A stretch of DNA of 64,000 bases from Myxococcota bacterium (lineage in GTDB: Bacteria > Myxococcota_A > UBA9160 > UBA4427), in NCBI GenBank assembly GCA_965250285.1, contig OZ252299.1:3456001-3520000 (forward strand), read 5' to 3'. Shown here in pieces: positions 18,991-29,508 of the stretch. The stretch's first letter is position 1. Every line of letters begins with the position of its first letter. The notes under the pieces are model-generated. The model was not told where the DNA came from, searched no databases, and worked only from the letters and a program-made list of their open reading frames with translations. A program made the position numbers and the translations under genes.

Positions 18991-19848
18991 ATGGAGCAGG
19001 CCGCGCTCGACGAGCTGATCGACATCCTCGATCTCGAGGAGCTCGAGCTGAACCTGTTTCGCGGACGCAGTCCGCAGGAGGAACGGCAGCGTGTGTTCGG
19101 GGGCCAGGTCGCCGGGCAGGCGCTCGTGGCCGCGTATCGCACGGTCGACGATCGCGCGGTGCACTCGCTGCACTCGTACTTTCTGCGCCCCGGCGATCCG
19201 AACGTGCCCATCATCTACCAGGTCGATCGCCTCCGCGACGGCCGCAGCTTCTGCGCGCGCCGCGTCACGGCGATTCAGCACGGCCAGGCGATCTTCGCGC
19301 TCGCGGCCTCTTTTCAGGCGCCCGAAGACAGCTTCGAGCACCAGGCGCCCATGCCCGACACGACGCCTCCCGAAGAGCTGCCCACGTTCGCGGAGCGCAT
19401 CGCGCAGCGAATCGCCGCCGGAGAGAAAGAAGAGCCGTGGATGCGGCGCCCCCGGCCCATCGACACGCGCATGGTCGAGCCGGTCATGGACTACACCGGC
19501 AAGGCCATGCAGGCGCCGGTCGGACAGGTGTGGATCCGAGCGAACGGCAAGCTGCCCGACGATCCCGTGCTGCACACCTGCGTGGTCGCCTATGCGTCGG
19601 ACATGACGCTCGTCGATACCGCGGCGCGGCCGCATCCGATCGCGTTCGATGAGACGCTCCAGCTCGCGAGCCTCGACCACGCCATGTGGTTCCACCGCCC
19701 GTTCCGCGCCGACGAGTGGCTGCTCTACGCGCAGGAGAGTCCGAACATGTCGAATGCCCGCGGCTTCACGACCGCGCGGTTCTTCACCGCCGACGGTCGA
19801 CTCGCCGTCTCGGTCGCGCAGGAAGGGCTCTTTCGGGTTCGCGACTGA
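18991..19848 (+). CDS. tesB: acyl-CoA thioesterase II
   Basis: Motifs VFGGQVAGQAL, HSLHSYFLRPG, RDGRSF, YASD, SLDHAMWFHRP and QEG. Confidence 0.93.
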   Translation: MEQAALDELIDILDLEELELNLFRGRSPQEERQRVFGGQVAGQALVAAYRTVDDRAVHSLHSYFLRPGDPNVPIIYQVDRLRDGRSFCARRVTAIQHGQAIFALAASFQAPEDSFEHQAPMPDTTPPEELPTFAERIAQRIAAGEKEEPWMRRPRPIDTRMVEPVMDYTGKAMQAPVGQVWIRANGKLPDDPVLHTCVVAYASDMTLVDTAARPHPIAFDETLQLASLDHAMWFHRPFRADEWLLYAQESPNMSNARGFTTARFFTADGRLAVSVAQEGLFRVRD

Positions 19849-20281
19849 GGGCGGGCGCGCTCGATTCCGCCGAAATGTCGAACCGTGGGACGGTTCTGAA
19901 CGGCCGCTGGGCGCGCGTGCGCGATCGATGGGCACGGATCGAACGTTCTGCACGCAGGCCCATCGCTCGAATGGGCCGATTTCGGCTCATTTCGATCACG
20001 GGATGAGCCGGCTCGAGCGCACACCAGCAACCCCGGTGCAGCTTCGATCCCCCCTCGACCGGCCTGAGTGGGCCGATCGCTCCCCCGATCGAGCGGCCGG
20101 GGCCGGCACGAACGACTCGATCGAGTCCTGTGTGGGCGGTGTGCCGCCCATCCCATCAGCACGTGCTCGCTCGATGTGCAGGCCCCAGCCCGCTCGCCGA
20201 CGAAGCGGGCCCGATCAGGGCCGCGGCTGACTCAGAGCGCACTCAGCCCCACGTGACCGCCTTCACATCGTCACAGCGAGT

Positions 20282-20297
20282 TGGCACGGCCGTTGCT
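20282..20297 (+). promoter_or_regulatory. sigma54 -24/-12 promoter of amtB-glnK
   Basis: TGGCAC-GGCCG-TTGCT, a consensus match, upstream of nitrogen-assimilation genes. Confidence 0.85.
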
Positions 20298-20449
20298 TTA
20301 TGAGAACGCGATTCGAGACATCCGGCCTTTGGTTCGCCACGGGGAAGGGTTCCCGGCCGGTTCGAAAGTGAAAGAAAGCACCCAACCAGGATTCGACAGC
20401 GAAAAGGTCGGCCGGCCGCAGAAGCGGCGCCAACCCGAATCACCCCCAC

Positions 20450-21841
20450 ATGGAGATGAAAATGACTCGCAAGCTCGCCCTCATGGCCTTGACCGGTGCA
20501 CTCGTCGTGCCCGGGCTGGCGCTGGCCGACGACGGGATCAGCCCCGGCACGTTCGTGGCCAACAACGTGTGGATGATGCTGGCCGCCGCGCTGGTGTTCA
20601 TCATGCACCTTGGCTTCTCGATGGTCGAGACCGGCCTCACACGCGCCAAGAACACGGTGAACATCCTCTTCAAGAACGTGTTCATCATCTGCGCCGGCAT
20701 CCTCACCTACTACATCATGGGCTTCAACCTGATGTACCCCGGTGACTTCAACGGCTTCGTCGGCTTCGCAGGCTTCGGCCTCGGCGCGGGCTTCGACCCC
20801 GAGTCGGTCACCACGGCCTACGCCGACGGTGGCTACACGTACTGGACCGACTTCCTCTTCCAGGCGATGTTCGCTGCGACCGCGGCGACGATCGTCTCCG
20901 GTGCCGTGGCCGAGCGCATCAAGCTCACCTCGTTCATGGTCTTCGTGATCCCGTTCGTCATGGTCGTCTACACGATCGCGGGCAGCTGGAAGTGGGGCGG
21001 TGGCTTCCTCGACGGCATGGGCTTCTACGACTTCGCGGGTTCGACGCTCGTGCACTCGGTCGGTGGTTGGGGCGCGCTCGTCGGCATCCTCTTCCTCGGA
21101 CCGCGCCTCGGCAAGTACGCCAAGGATGGCCGCATGACGCCGATTCCCGGCTCGAGCATGCCTTCGGCCACGATCGGCGTGTTCCTGCTCTGGCTCGGAT
21201 GGTTCGGCTTCAACGGCGGCTCGGTGCTGTCGGCTGACCCGGCCCTGACCTCGTTCGTGCTCGTCACGACCTGCCTCGCTGCGGCCGCCGGCGGCCTGGG
21301 CGCGATGCTCGCCTACTCGTTCGTGAGCTCGAAGCCCGACCTCTCGATGTCGCTGAACGGCATCCTGGCCGGCCTCGTGGGCATCACGGCCGGTGCGGAC
21401 GTGATCAACCCGCTCGCCGCGATCTTCGTCGGTGCCGTCGCCGGTGCCCTCGTCGTGGCTTCGGTCATCACCTTCGACAAGCTCAAGATCGACGATCCGG
21501 TCGGTGCGACCTCGGTCCACCTCACGTGCGGCATCTGGGGCACGCTGGCCGTCGGCATCTTCTCGACGAACCCCGATCACAGCTTCATGACCCAGCTCAT
21601 CGGCGTGGGGGCCTACGCGATCTTCACGGTGATCTGCTCGGCGATCATCTTCGGTGCGATCAAGGCCACGATCGGCCTGCGCGTCAGCGAAGAAGAGGAG
21701 ATCGAGGGTCTCGACCTGGGCGAGCACGGCATGCACGCCTACGACATCGCTCCCAGCACGGGCCCGTTCGACGACGCCCACCTCCGAGGGGCCGGCAGCG
21801 CTGCCGCCGTCGCCTCGACCAAGCTGGCGACCGAGAGTTAA
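20450..21841 (+). CDS. amtB: ammonium transporter (start may be ATG 20462)
   Basis: Motifs FQAMFA, SGAVAER, DFAGSTLVH, GPRLGKY, WFGFNGGS, NGILAGLVGITA and IDDPVGATSVH. Confidence 0.96.
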   Translation: MEMKMTRKLALMALTGALVVPGLALADDGISPGTFVANNVWMMLAAALVFIMHLGFSMVETGLTRAKNTVNILFKNVFIICAGILTYYIMGFNLMYPGDFNGFVGFAGFGLGAGFDPESVTTAYADGGYTYWTDFLFQAMFAATAATIVSGAVAERIKLTSFMVFVIPFVMVVYTIAGSWKWGGGFLDGMGFYDFAGSTLVHSVGGWGALVGILFLGPRLGKYAKDGRMTPIPGSSMPSATIGVFLLWLGWFGFNGGSVLSADPALTSFVLVTTCLAAAAGGLGAMLAYSFVSSKPDLSMSLNGILAGLVGITAGADVINPLAAIFVGAVAGALVVASVITFDKLKIDDPVGATSVHLTCGIWGTLAVGIFSTNPDHSFMTQLIGVGAYAIFTVICSAIIFGAIKATIGLRVSEEEEIEGLDLGEHGMHAYDIAPSTGPFDDAHLRGAGSAAAVASTKLATES

Positions 21842-21859
21842 CGCGGGGGCAACAAGAGC

Positions 21860-22282
<423 letters not shown>

Positions 22283-22309
22283 TCGCGACGGTCGACCAGG
22301 GACGACCAA

Positions 22310-22342
22310 GAGGGCCGGCGATGCGTTGCATCGTCGGCCCTC
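22310..22342. terminator. hairpin, probable terminator between convergent genes
   Basis: GAGGGCCGGCGATGC-GTT-GCATCGTCGGCCCTC followed by ACTCTTTC. Confidence 0.65.
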
Positions 22343-22368
22343 ACTCTTTCTGGACGCCGCCCCCGGCG

Positions 22369-23358
22369 TCAGGGCTCGACGACGAGCTTGCCGACGGTGC
22401 GGCGCTCGTCGAGCGCGATCAGCGCCTCGCTGACGCCCTCGAGCGGCACACGCATCTGGATCAGCGGCCGGATCGCGCCCGTCGAGTACAGCTCGGCACA
22501 GCCGCGGAAGGCCTCGGCCATCTTCTCGGGGGCATGGTCACGGTAGGCGGGCCAGTGAAGCCCCGTGACCGCGATGTTCTTGAGCATGATCCGGTTGGCC
22601 CGGATCTCGGGAATCGTCCCCGACGCGAAGCCGACCACGACGAGGCGGCCATCCCACGCGATGCACTTGAGCGAGCGCTCGAAGACGTCGCCGCCGACCG
22701 GATCGAAGATCACATCGGCGCCGCGTCCATCCGTCTCACGCTTCACCGCCTCGACGAGATCGTCGGCCCCTGAGTCGAGCCCGACGTCGGCGCCCGCATC
22801 GCGCGCGACATCGAGCTTGTCGGCGCCGCTGGCCGTCGCGATGACCCGCGCACCGAGCGCGCAGCCGATCTGAACCGCGGCCAGGCCGGTGGCACCGGCC
22901 GCAGCATGTACGAGCAACGTCTCGCCGGGTTGGAGCGCCCCGCGAAAGACGAGACCTGCGTACGCGGTCGGGTACACGATCGGCAGGGCGGCGCCTTCAT
23001 CGAAGGGCATGCCTTCGGGCATCACGGTCGCAAGGGCATCCGCGACGACGACCTGCTCGGCAAAGGCGCCCGTCCCCGTCAGCGCGAAGACCCGTTGCCC
23101 GACGCGATCGCTCGGCACGCCCGGCCCGACCGCGACCACCTCGCCCGCGGCCTCGCGACCGAGAATGAAGGGGAGCGGTGGCTTCTCCTGATACTTGCCC
23201 CGCATCAGGAGTAGATCCGAGAAGTTGCACGCGGCCGCGCGCACGCGAATCGCGAGCTCGCCGTCTCCGGGCTCGGGGGGGTCGATCTCGCTCACCCGAA
23301 GATCTCCGGGCTCCATCAATCGATCGATCACGATCGCGCGCACGGTCTGCTCCTCCAT
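22369..23358 (-). CDS. NADPH:quinone oxidoreductase (MDR/zeta-crystallin family)
   Basis: Motifs PPLPFILGREAAG, LVHAAAGATG, GADVIFDPVGG and VVGFASG. Confidence 0.9.
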   Translation of the reverse strand: MEEQTVRAIVIDRLMEPGDLRVSEIDPPEPGDGELAIRVRAAACNFSDLLLMRGKYQEKPPLPFILGREAAGEVVAVGPGVPSDRVGQRVFALTGTGAFAEQVVVADALATVMPEGMPFDEGAALPIVYPTAYAGLVFRGALQPGETLLVHAAAGATGLAAVQIGCALGARVIATASGADKLDVARDAGADVGLDSGADDLVEAVKRETDGRGADVIFDPVGGDVFERSLKCIAWDGRLVVVGFASGTIPEIRANRIMLKNIAVTGLHWPAYRDHAPEKMAEAFRGCAELYSTGAIRPLIQMRVPLEGVSEALIALDERRTVGKLVVEP

Positions 23359-23555
23359 GGCCCGAGACGGTCGCGGGGCGCCGATTCTACCGGGGCCGCT
23401 CGCGGTCGAGCCACTCTCGACGCCGGCGACGCAGACGACACGGGCAGCGACACCGCCCGGGCCGGGGGCGAGAAGCGTGCCGCGCTGGCTCGCCGACCGA
23501 ACCCGTTACACTCGACGTCCGTCTCACACCTCGACCGCTCTCCAAGCGAGGCCCC

Positions 23556-24614
23556 ATGCCGAAGATGTGCTCGTCCCTGCGCTCGATTCGTACCCAGGCG
23601 AGGGGCCTCGCGCTCGTCGCGCTGGTTGCCCTCATGGCGGCCGCGCCGCTCGGTTGCGCGAGCGACGGCAAGGCGAAGTCGCCGCCCGCCGGGCCGGGCC
23701 CGGACGCGCTGGCGCTCAAGGAGGCGCTCGGTGCCGGGCCGGTGCCCGCCGACCCGCTCTTCTGGCGCGTGACGCCGGACGGCGGCGCGACGCTCTACCT
23801 GCTCGGATCGATCCACTTCGGCCCGCCCGCTGGCTGGCAGCTCTCAGGCCCGGTCGTCGACGCATTCAATGGCAGCGGCACGCTCGTGGTCGAGGCCGAT
23901 GATCGCGGCATCGACCAGAATCAGATGCAGTCGATCATCATCCGGCACGCGCTGAACCCACCCGGCTCGACGCTGCGAGACATGGTGTCGGTGGAGACAT
24001 ACGGCAAGCTCGAAGCGTACTTGAGGGCACGCGGCGAGAGCGTCGACACGATGCAGCCCTTTCGACCCTGGATGGTCGCGACGGTGCTGACGATGAGCAC
24101 CGTCAACGAGCTCGGCTTCTCAGCCGAGACCGGCGTCGACCGCACCCTCCTCGGCAACGCAGGCGAGCGCGAGGTGATCCCGCTCGAAACGATCGAGTCT
24201 CAGCTCGAGATCTTCAGTCGGCTGTCGCCGCAGCTCGACGCACTCTTCCTGAAGGACACCCTCGACCAGCTCGGTGAGGCCGGCACGATGCTGCTCGACA
24301 TGGCCCAGGATTGGCGCGTCGGCGACGAGCCGGGGCTCGCCGAGCTGCTGAGCGAATCGCTGGACAGCGGAGGCGAACTCGCCGAGCTGCACGATTCGCT
24401 GATCGTCGAACGCAACAAGGCGATGACCCGCGCCCTGGCGGCGCTCGCACGCGACCCGAACCGAGCGGGGCAGGACGTCTTCGTGGTCGTCGGGGCCGCG
24501 CACTTCGTCGGCGAAGCGAACATTCGACAGATGCTCGAGCGCGACTACGACCTGACGTCGACCGCGCTGCCCTCGGCGGTGGCTGCGACCGACGGGTCCC
24601 GCCGTGGCCACTGA
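23556..24614 (+). CDS. TraB/GumN family lipoprotein
   Basis: Lipobox-like APLG-C, then LYLLGSIH, GVD, LETIESQL, ERN and VVVGAAH. Confidence 0.88.
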   Translation: MPKMCSSLRSIRTQARGLALVALVALMAAAPLGCASDGKAKSPPAGPGPDALALKEALGAGPVPADPLFWRVTPDGGATLYLLGSIHFGPPAGWQLSGPVVDAFNGSGTLVVEADDRGIDQNQMQSIIIRHALNPPGSTLRDMVSVETYGKLEAYLRARGESVDTMQPFRPWMVATVLTMSTVNELGFSAETGVDRTLLGNAGEREVIPLETIESQLEIFSRLSPQLDALFLKDTLDQLGEAGTMLLDMAQDWRVGDEPGLAELLSESLDSGGELAELHDSLIVERNKAMTRALAALARDPNRAGQDVFVVVGAAHFVGEANIRQMLERDYDLTSTALPSAVAATDGSRRGH

Positions 24615-25197
24615 CGCTGACACCGAAGCCCTCGTCTCCATCCACCCGACGGCCTGGTGCGCGCCGGGCGTGCAGATCTACGGCAAGGTGACGATCGACG
24701 AAGAGGTGTCGATCTGGCCGAATGCCGTGATTCGCGCCGAGTGCCACGAGGTCCAGATTGGGCGCTACACGAACCTGCAGGATTTCGTGATGGTGCACGT
24801 CGGGTACGACGCGGGCACGCGCGTCGGTGCGTTCTGTTCGATCACCCACCACGCGACGATCCACGGCTGCACGATCGAGGACGAGTGCCTGATCGGCATC
24901 AACGCGTGCATCATGGACGGCGCCGTCATCGGTCGCGGCTCGATCGTCGCCGGCAACGCGATGGTGCGCGAGGGCAGCGTCTTTCCGCCCGGCTCCGTGG
25001 TCGCGGGTGTGCCCGCCAAGCAGATCGCCGAACGCGACAACGCCCGCGCGAACCGACTCAATGCGTGGCTCTACCACTTCAACAAGCAGGGCTACGAGCG
25101 CGGCGATCACCGCGTCTGGACGGGCGACGAGTACCGCGCCTGGCTCGCGGAGAAGAAGAAGCAGATCGAAGCGGACCGGGATCTGCTCGGGCTCTAG
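24604..25197 (+). CDS. gamma carbonic anhydrase family protein
   Basis: Hexapeptide repeats, NLQDFVMVH, ITHHATIHGC and GVPAK. Confidence 0.9.
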   Translation: MATDADTEALVSIHPTAWCAPGVQIYGKVTIDEEVSIWPNAVIRAECHEVQIGRYTNLQDFVMVHVGYDAGTRVGAFCSITHHATIHGCTIEDECLIGINACIMDGAVIGRGSIVAGNAMVREGSVFPPGSVVAGVPAKQIAERDNARANRLNAWLYHFNKQGYERGDHRVWTGDEYRAWLAEKKKQIEADRDLLGL

Positions 25198-25212
25198 CCC
25201 GACGCGTCGTCG

Positions 25213-26781
25213 CTACACGACGCCCGTCGCGTGCCCGGCCCAGTACGGTGCGCGCAGGTCGCGTTTCATGATCTTGCCCGAGCCGTTGCGCGGGATCTCG
25301 CTCGTGAACGAGACCGAGCGAGGCAGCTTGTAACCGGCCAGGTGCGCCCGCGCCCATTCGACGAGCCCCGCTTCGTCGAGGCCGCTGCCGTCACGCGCGA
25401 CGAGCACGGCATGCACGCTCTCGCCCCACTCCTCGCTCGGGATACCGAACACGGCGACGTCCATCACATCGGGGTGCTGGTCGAGCGTCGCCTCGATCTC
25501 GGCGGGATAGATGTTGACCCCGCCCGAGATGATCATGTCCTTCTTTCGATCACAGATGAAGTAGAAGCCCTCATCGTCGAAGTACGCCACATCGCCCACG
25601 GTGTGGTAGTCACCGCGCCGGTCCGCTTCGTACTTGTCTCTGGCCTTGTGGTACTCGCTGAACACGCTGCCGCTGCGCGCGAACAGCTCGCCGCGCTCTC
25701 CCGGCCGGGTCACCTGCCGGCCGTCGTCGTCGAAGAGCGCGAGCTCGACACCGGGGGCCGCGCGACCACACGATCCCTTCTTCGAGCGCTGATGCTCCGG
25801 CCGCAGGATCGTGTTGACGCCCAGCTCGGTCGAGCCGTAGACCTCGAAGAGCGATTCTTCGGGAAAGTCGCTCAGGTAGGCCTCCTTGAGCGCCCAGGAC
25901 CACGGCGCCGCATTGGCGACGAAGACCCGCATGCTCGATCGGTCGTAGCGGCGCTTCACCTCGTCGGGCAGCTGGGTGACGAGCCGAATCGGCGTGGGGG
26001 CGCCGAAGGTGCTCGTCACGCCCCAGCGATCGACCAGGCGCAGCCAATCCTCGGCGTCGAACTTGCGCTGCACGACGACGGTCTGCCCGAGCAGCTGTGC
26101 GATCGACATGAATCCGCCCGGGCCCGAGTGGTAAAGCGGGCCGGTCGTCAGGTAGACGTCGTCGGCGCCGTAGCCGAACTCGGCGATCAGAGCCTGGGTG
26201 ATCTTCGGGTCGCCGAGCCCGCGCCGGACCGCGCCCTTCGGTTTGCCGGTGGTGCCCGACGTGTAGATCATCGTCGCCGCTTCTTCGGCGGCGGCGTCGC
26301 CGCGCCACTCGTCACTCGACGCCACCGCGAGCTTCGCGTCGGCCGACACCATGCCCTCGCCCGGCTCGCCGTCGAAGACCAGTACGTCTCGCAGCTTCGG
26401 CGCCAGCGGTCGCACGTCGGCGAAGAGCGATACGAAGTCGGCGTCGATGTACGCGAGCTCGGCATCGCAGTTGTCCACCACGTAGCCGGCCTCGTCGGCC
26501 GCCAACCGGTAGTTGAGCGGTACGGCGGTGGCGCCGAGCTTGCGCGCCGCGTTCATCATGCGGACGATGCCGGGCGAGTTGAGTCCGCACCAGACGATGC
26601 GCGTCCCTCGGCGGGCGCCGTGATCGGCGAGGACGTGCACCAGCCGATTCGCCTCGGCCTCGAGCTCGGCGAAGGTCCACTGGGTGCAGACGCCGTCGCC
26701 CGGCCGATCGTCGACCACGGCGATCTTCTCGGGCTGCGTTTCGGCCAGGCTGGAGAGCGGATCGCGGCGCGCTTCGGTCAT
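25213..26781 (-). CDS. AMP-binding acyl-CoA synthetase
   Basis: Motifs YTSGTTGKPKG, YGSTE, TVGD, DRKKDMIISGGVNIYPAEIE and GKIMKR. Confidence 0.93.
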   Translation of the reverse strand: MTEARRDPLSSLAETQPEKIAVVDDRPGDGVCTQWTFAELEAEANRLVHVLADHGARRGTRIVWCGLNSPGIVRMMNAARKLGATAVPLNYRLAADEAGYVVDNCDAELAYIDADFVSLFADVRPLAPKLRDVLVFDGEPGEGMVSADAKLAVASSDEWRGDAAAEEAATMIYTSGTTGKPKGAVRRGLGDPKITQALIAEFGYGADDVYLTTGPLYHSGPGGFMSIAQLLGQTVVVQRKFDAEDWLRLVDRWGVTSTFGAPTPIRLVTQLPDEVKRRYDRSSMRVFVANAAPWSWALKEAYLSDFPEESLFEVYGSTELGVNTILRPEHQRSKKGSCGRAAPGVELALFDDDGRQVTRPGERGELFARSGSVFSEYHKARDKYEADRRGDYHTVGDVAYFDDEGFYFICDRKKDMIISGGVNIYPAEIEATLDQHPDVMDVAVFGIPSEEWGESVHAVLVARDGSGLDEAGLVEWARAHLAGYKLPRSVSFTSEIPRNGSGKIMKRDLRAPYWAGHATGVV

Positions 26782-26898
26782 CGCGGTCTCCCGTTCGCGG
26801 CGCGCCCACGGGCGCGCCGTCGCACGGCGAACGTAGCGATGCGTGGGGGGCCGTGACCGCCTCGAGGGACGGGTCTGCTCGTGGGTCCTTCGCCGGCG

Positions 26899-27756
26899 TC
26901 AGCGAGAGGGGGGCGTGCGCTCCGACGAGGGCGTGGGCGAGGGCGAGGGCGAGCCTGCCGGGGCCTGCCCCAGCGAGGCCGGCCGCGTGGCGCGCTCGGG
27001 TGCGGACGCGCGCGCAGGCGCCGCGATGCCCCCGAAGACGAGGTCGACCCCGCGTCGAATCGCATCGAGACAGGCGTCGTCGCCGAGCAGACCGTGCGCC
27101 CACGGCACCCGGGCGCCTTCGGTCACATGGAAGATCACTCGCGCCGCCTCCATGACGTCGACGCCCTTCGCGAGATCCTTGTTGCGCATGCGACCCATCT
27201 GCAGAATCTCCATCACGAGACCCACCGTGCGGTCGTGCAGCTTGAGCACGTCGCGGGCGACACGCTGATCGGGCTTCGTGATTGCGCGCATCGCGATCGT
27301 CGTAAAGTCACGATCGGCGACGAAGAGCTCGTGCTGCGTCACGAGAAAGGCGTAGAGGCGCTCGCGGGTCGGCGCGTTGCGGTCGTCGCGCTTGCGGAAG
27401 CTGAGCCACGCGTCCTCTTGGAGCCGCGCCAGCTCGTCGACGAGCAGCTCTTCTTTGCTGCGCACATGGCGGTAGATCGAACTCGCACCCATGCCGGCGC
27501 GCCGCGCGATCTCGCGCAGCGTGGCGCCGTCGAAGCCCCGCTCTCGAAAGAGCTCGATGGCGGCCGCGCGAATGCGATCGCGACTCTTGCGGCCGCGCAC
27601 CAGCCGCCCGTCGTCGGCGCGCAGCTGCGTGCTGCGCGCGCCCGGGTCGCGCGGCCGGGCCTCGGTGGCCGGTCTGGATTGCTGGAAGGCGTCGCTACGG
27701 GCCTCGCCCGCCGCCGGCACCCCCCCAAGTGCACCGGTGTTGCGATTCACGTCCAT
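26899..27756 (-). CDS. TetR/AcrR family transcriptional regulator (start uncertain)
   Basis: HTH region IRAAAIELFRERGFDGATLREIARRAGMGASSIYRHVRSKEELL. Confidence 0.88.
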   Translation of the reverse strand: MDVNRNTGALGGVPAAGEARSDAFQQSRPATEARPRDPGARSTQLRADDGRLVRGRKSRDRIRAAAIELFRERGFDGATLREIARRAGMGASSIYRHVRSKEELLVDELARLQEDAWLSFRKRDDRNAPTRERLYAFLVTQHELFVADRDFTTIAMRAITKPDQRVARDVLKLHDRTVGLVMEILQMGRMRNKDLAKGVDVMEAARVIFHVTEGARVPWAHGLLGDDACLDAIRRGVDLVFGGIAAPARASAPERATRPASLGQAPAGSPSPSPTPSSERTPPSR

Positions 27757-27880
27757 CTGGCGAAGAAGGATCGCATAGCTGCGGCGATCCGTCAGGTCGC
27801 CGGGCGTCGCACGCACCCGACGCCCTCGGCAGCCGCCGACCGGGGCGCCTACCCTCGCCCGCCGCGGACCCGACGGCACG

Positions 27881-27952
27881 CCCGATACGCCTGATACGCC
27901 TGATACGCCTGATACGCCCGATACGCCCGATACGCCCGATACGCCCGATACG
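27881..27952. repeat. 9-bp tandem repeat x8
   Basis: CC(C/T)GATACG x8, ending directly at the AGAGGAG RBS of the MaoC gene. Confidence 0.95.
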
Positions 27953-27962
27953 AGAGGAGCCC

Positions 27963-28424
27963 ATGCGGACGATCTACTTCGAAGACTACGGGCCTGGCTG
28001 GTCGTCGACGGGGGGCGCCTATCGCGTCACCGAAGCCGAGGTGCTCGAGTTCGGCGCTCGCTTCGACCACCGCCCCTTCCACACCGATCGTGCGGCCGCC
28101 GAAGCGACGCACTTCGGTGGGCTGATCGCGCCCGGCTGCCTGGTCTTCTGCATCCGCACGCGGCTCGGCCTCGAGCAGGACAGCGTGCCCGACCTCATCG
28201 CCGGCCTCGGCACGGACGAGATGTCGCTGCTCGAACCGGTGCGACCCGGGGACGTGTTGAGCCTGCGGCAGGATTTCGTCGACGCGCGCCCATCGCGGTC
28301 GAAGACCGACCGCGGTCTCGTCCGAGTGCGCAGCACCGTGACGAACCAGCGCGGCGAACCGGTGATGACGATGGTGGCGAAGCTCCTCGTGCGCAGACGG
28401 AGCGCGGTCGCCAGCGGCGACTGA
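27963..28424 (+). CDS. MaoC/PaaZ-type hotdog dehydratase
   Basis: RBS AGAGGAG, then MRTIYFED, FDHRPFHTD, FGGLIAPG, PVRPGD and NQRGE. Confidence 0.88.
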   Translation: MRTIYFEDYGPGWSSTGGAYRVTEAEVLEFGARFDHRPFHTDRAAAEATHFGGLIAPGCLVFCIRTRLGLEQDSVPDLIAGLGTDEMSLLEPVRPGDVLSLRQDFVDARPSRSKTDRGLVRVRSTVTNQRGEPVMTMVAKLLVRRRSAVASGD

Positions 28425-28690
28425 AGGCAATCCAGGGCCGTGAGCCGGACGGTGCGACACGCTCCACGCGCGTTGCGCCTCGCCACCCTGCCATCCAGCA
28501 CGCACGCAGGTCCTGGATGCAAGAAGGCCGAGCCTGGCGGCCCGGCCTTCGCGCGCCGGATCGACCCTTCCCAGAAGGATCCGGCACAGGCGGCTCCGCT
28601 CACGGGGCCGCGACTCCACTATACGCCCACGCCCCGGGCGCGACGCAAGCGAAATCGCGCGACCGGCGCTCGCTGATCCCTTCGGGCTCC

Positions 28691-29344
28691 TCAGGGCGCC
28701 GGGCGCCGAAGTCCGACCACCTCGACCCCGAGGATCTCGCGATGGGCCGCGGGCTCGAAGCCAAAGCGCCGGTAGAACGGCACGAGCTCGCTGCGGTCGG
28801 TCTCGACCCAGGCGGGCCCGGGATCGGCCGCGATGCCCTCGAGCCAGCGGCCGACGAGCTCGCCCCCCAGGCCGCCCCCCTGGGCTTCGGGCTCGACGCC
28901 GACCATCGCGAGCGTCCAGTGCGGATCGTCCGGCCGAATCGCGGCCAGCTCGCCCTGCACCCGGCTCCAGCGCAGGGTCGCGCCGAGTCCCTGCCGCAGG
29001 AGCAGACCGAGCTGGCGCAGGCTCGGTCGCTCGGGCGGGGGCCGGACCGGCTCGAAGCCGATCAAGGCCCCTTTGGGGGCGTGACTCGAGGCGTCGCCCG
29101 CGCCGCCCACGAGGACGTGCCCGGCGACCCGAGCACGATCGAGCAGCAGCTGCGCGCCGAGGCGGTTCGCGCGCACCCGGGCGCTCGGCCCACGGCGGAG
29201 CACCGCGCGGTTCATCGGATTGTCGCGAAAAGCGCGCGCCAGCAGCTCGGCGACGACGCGTCCCCCCTCGATGAACGCGCCCGCGTCCGATGCGCGGCGC
29301 GCCGGCGCCGGGGTGTCCGCATCGGGAGAGCCCGGTGCCTGCAT
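28691..29344 (-). CDS. GNAT family N-acetyltransferase
   Basis: Motifs AFRDNP, HWTLAMVGVEPEAQGGGLG and FYRRFGF. Confidence 0.85.
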   Translation of the reverse strand: MQAPGSPDADTPAPARRASDAGAFIEGGRVVAELLARAFRDNPMNRAVLRRGPSARVRANRLGAQLLLDRARVAGHVLVGGAGDASSHAPKGALIGFEPVRPPPERPSLRQLGLLLRQGLGATLRWSRVQGELAAIRPDDPHWTLAMVGVEPEAQGGGLGGELVGRWLEGIAADPGPAWVETDRSELVPFYRRFGFEPAAHREILGVEVVGLRRPAP

Positions 29345-29508
29345 CTATCCGCCTCCCTGGTCGGGCTGCAGTGTGGCGCGAATCGCAGGGTTCCGGGGCA
29401 TCTCCCCCTCAATCTTCTGGCGCGCCACCCGATGAGTGTGATGTGGCACCCATGTTGGCTCTGCCGCTTGCGTAACCGGGGCACCGCCCCCCCACCCGGG
29501 TATGCGAA

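Noticed and set aside
28490..28600. Cobalamin riboswitch (minus-strand CTGGGAAGG...CCAGGACCTGC)
   Set aside because: The 5' core motifs are missing, and it lies between two gene 3' ends rather than upstream of a gene.
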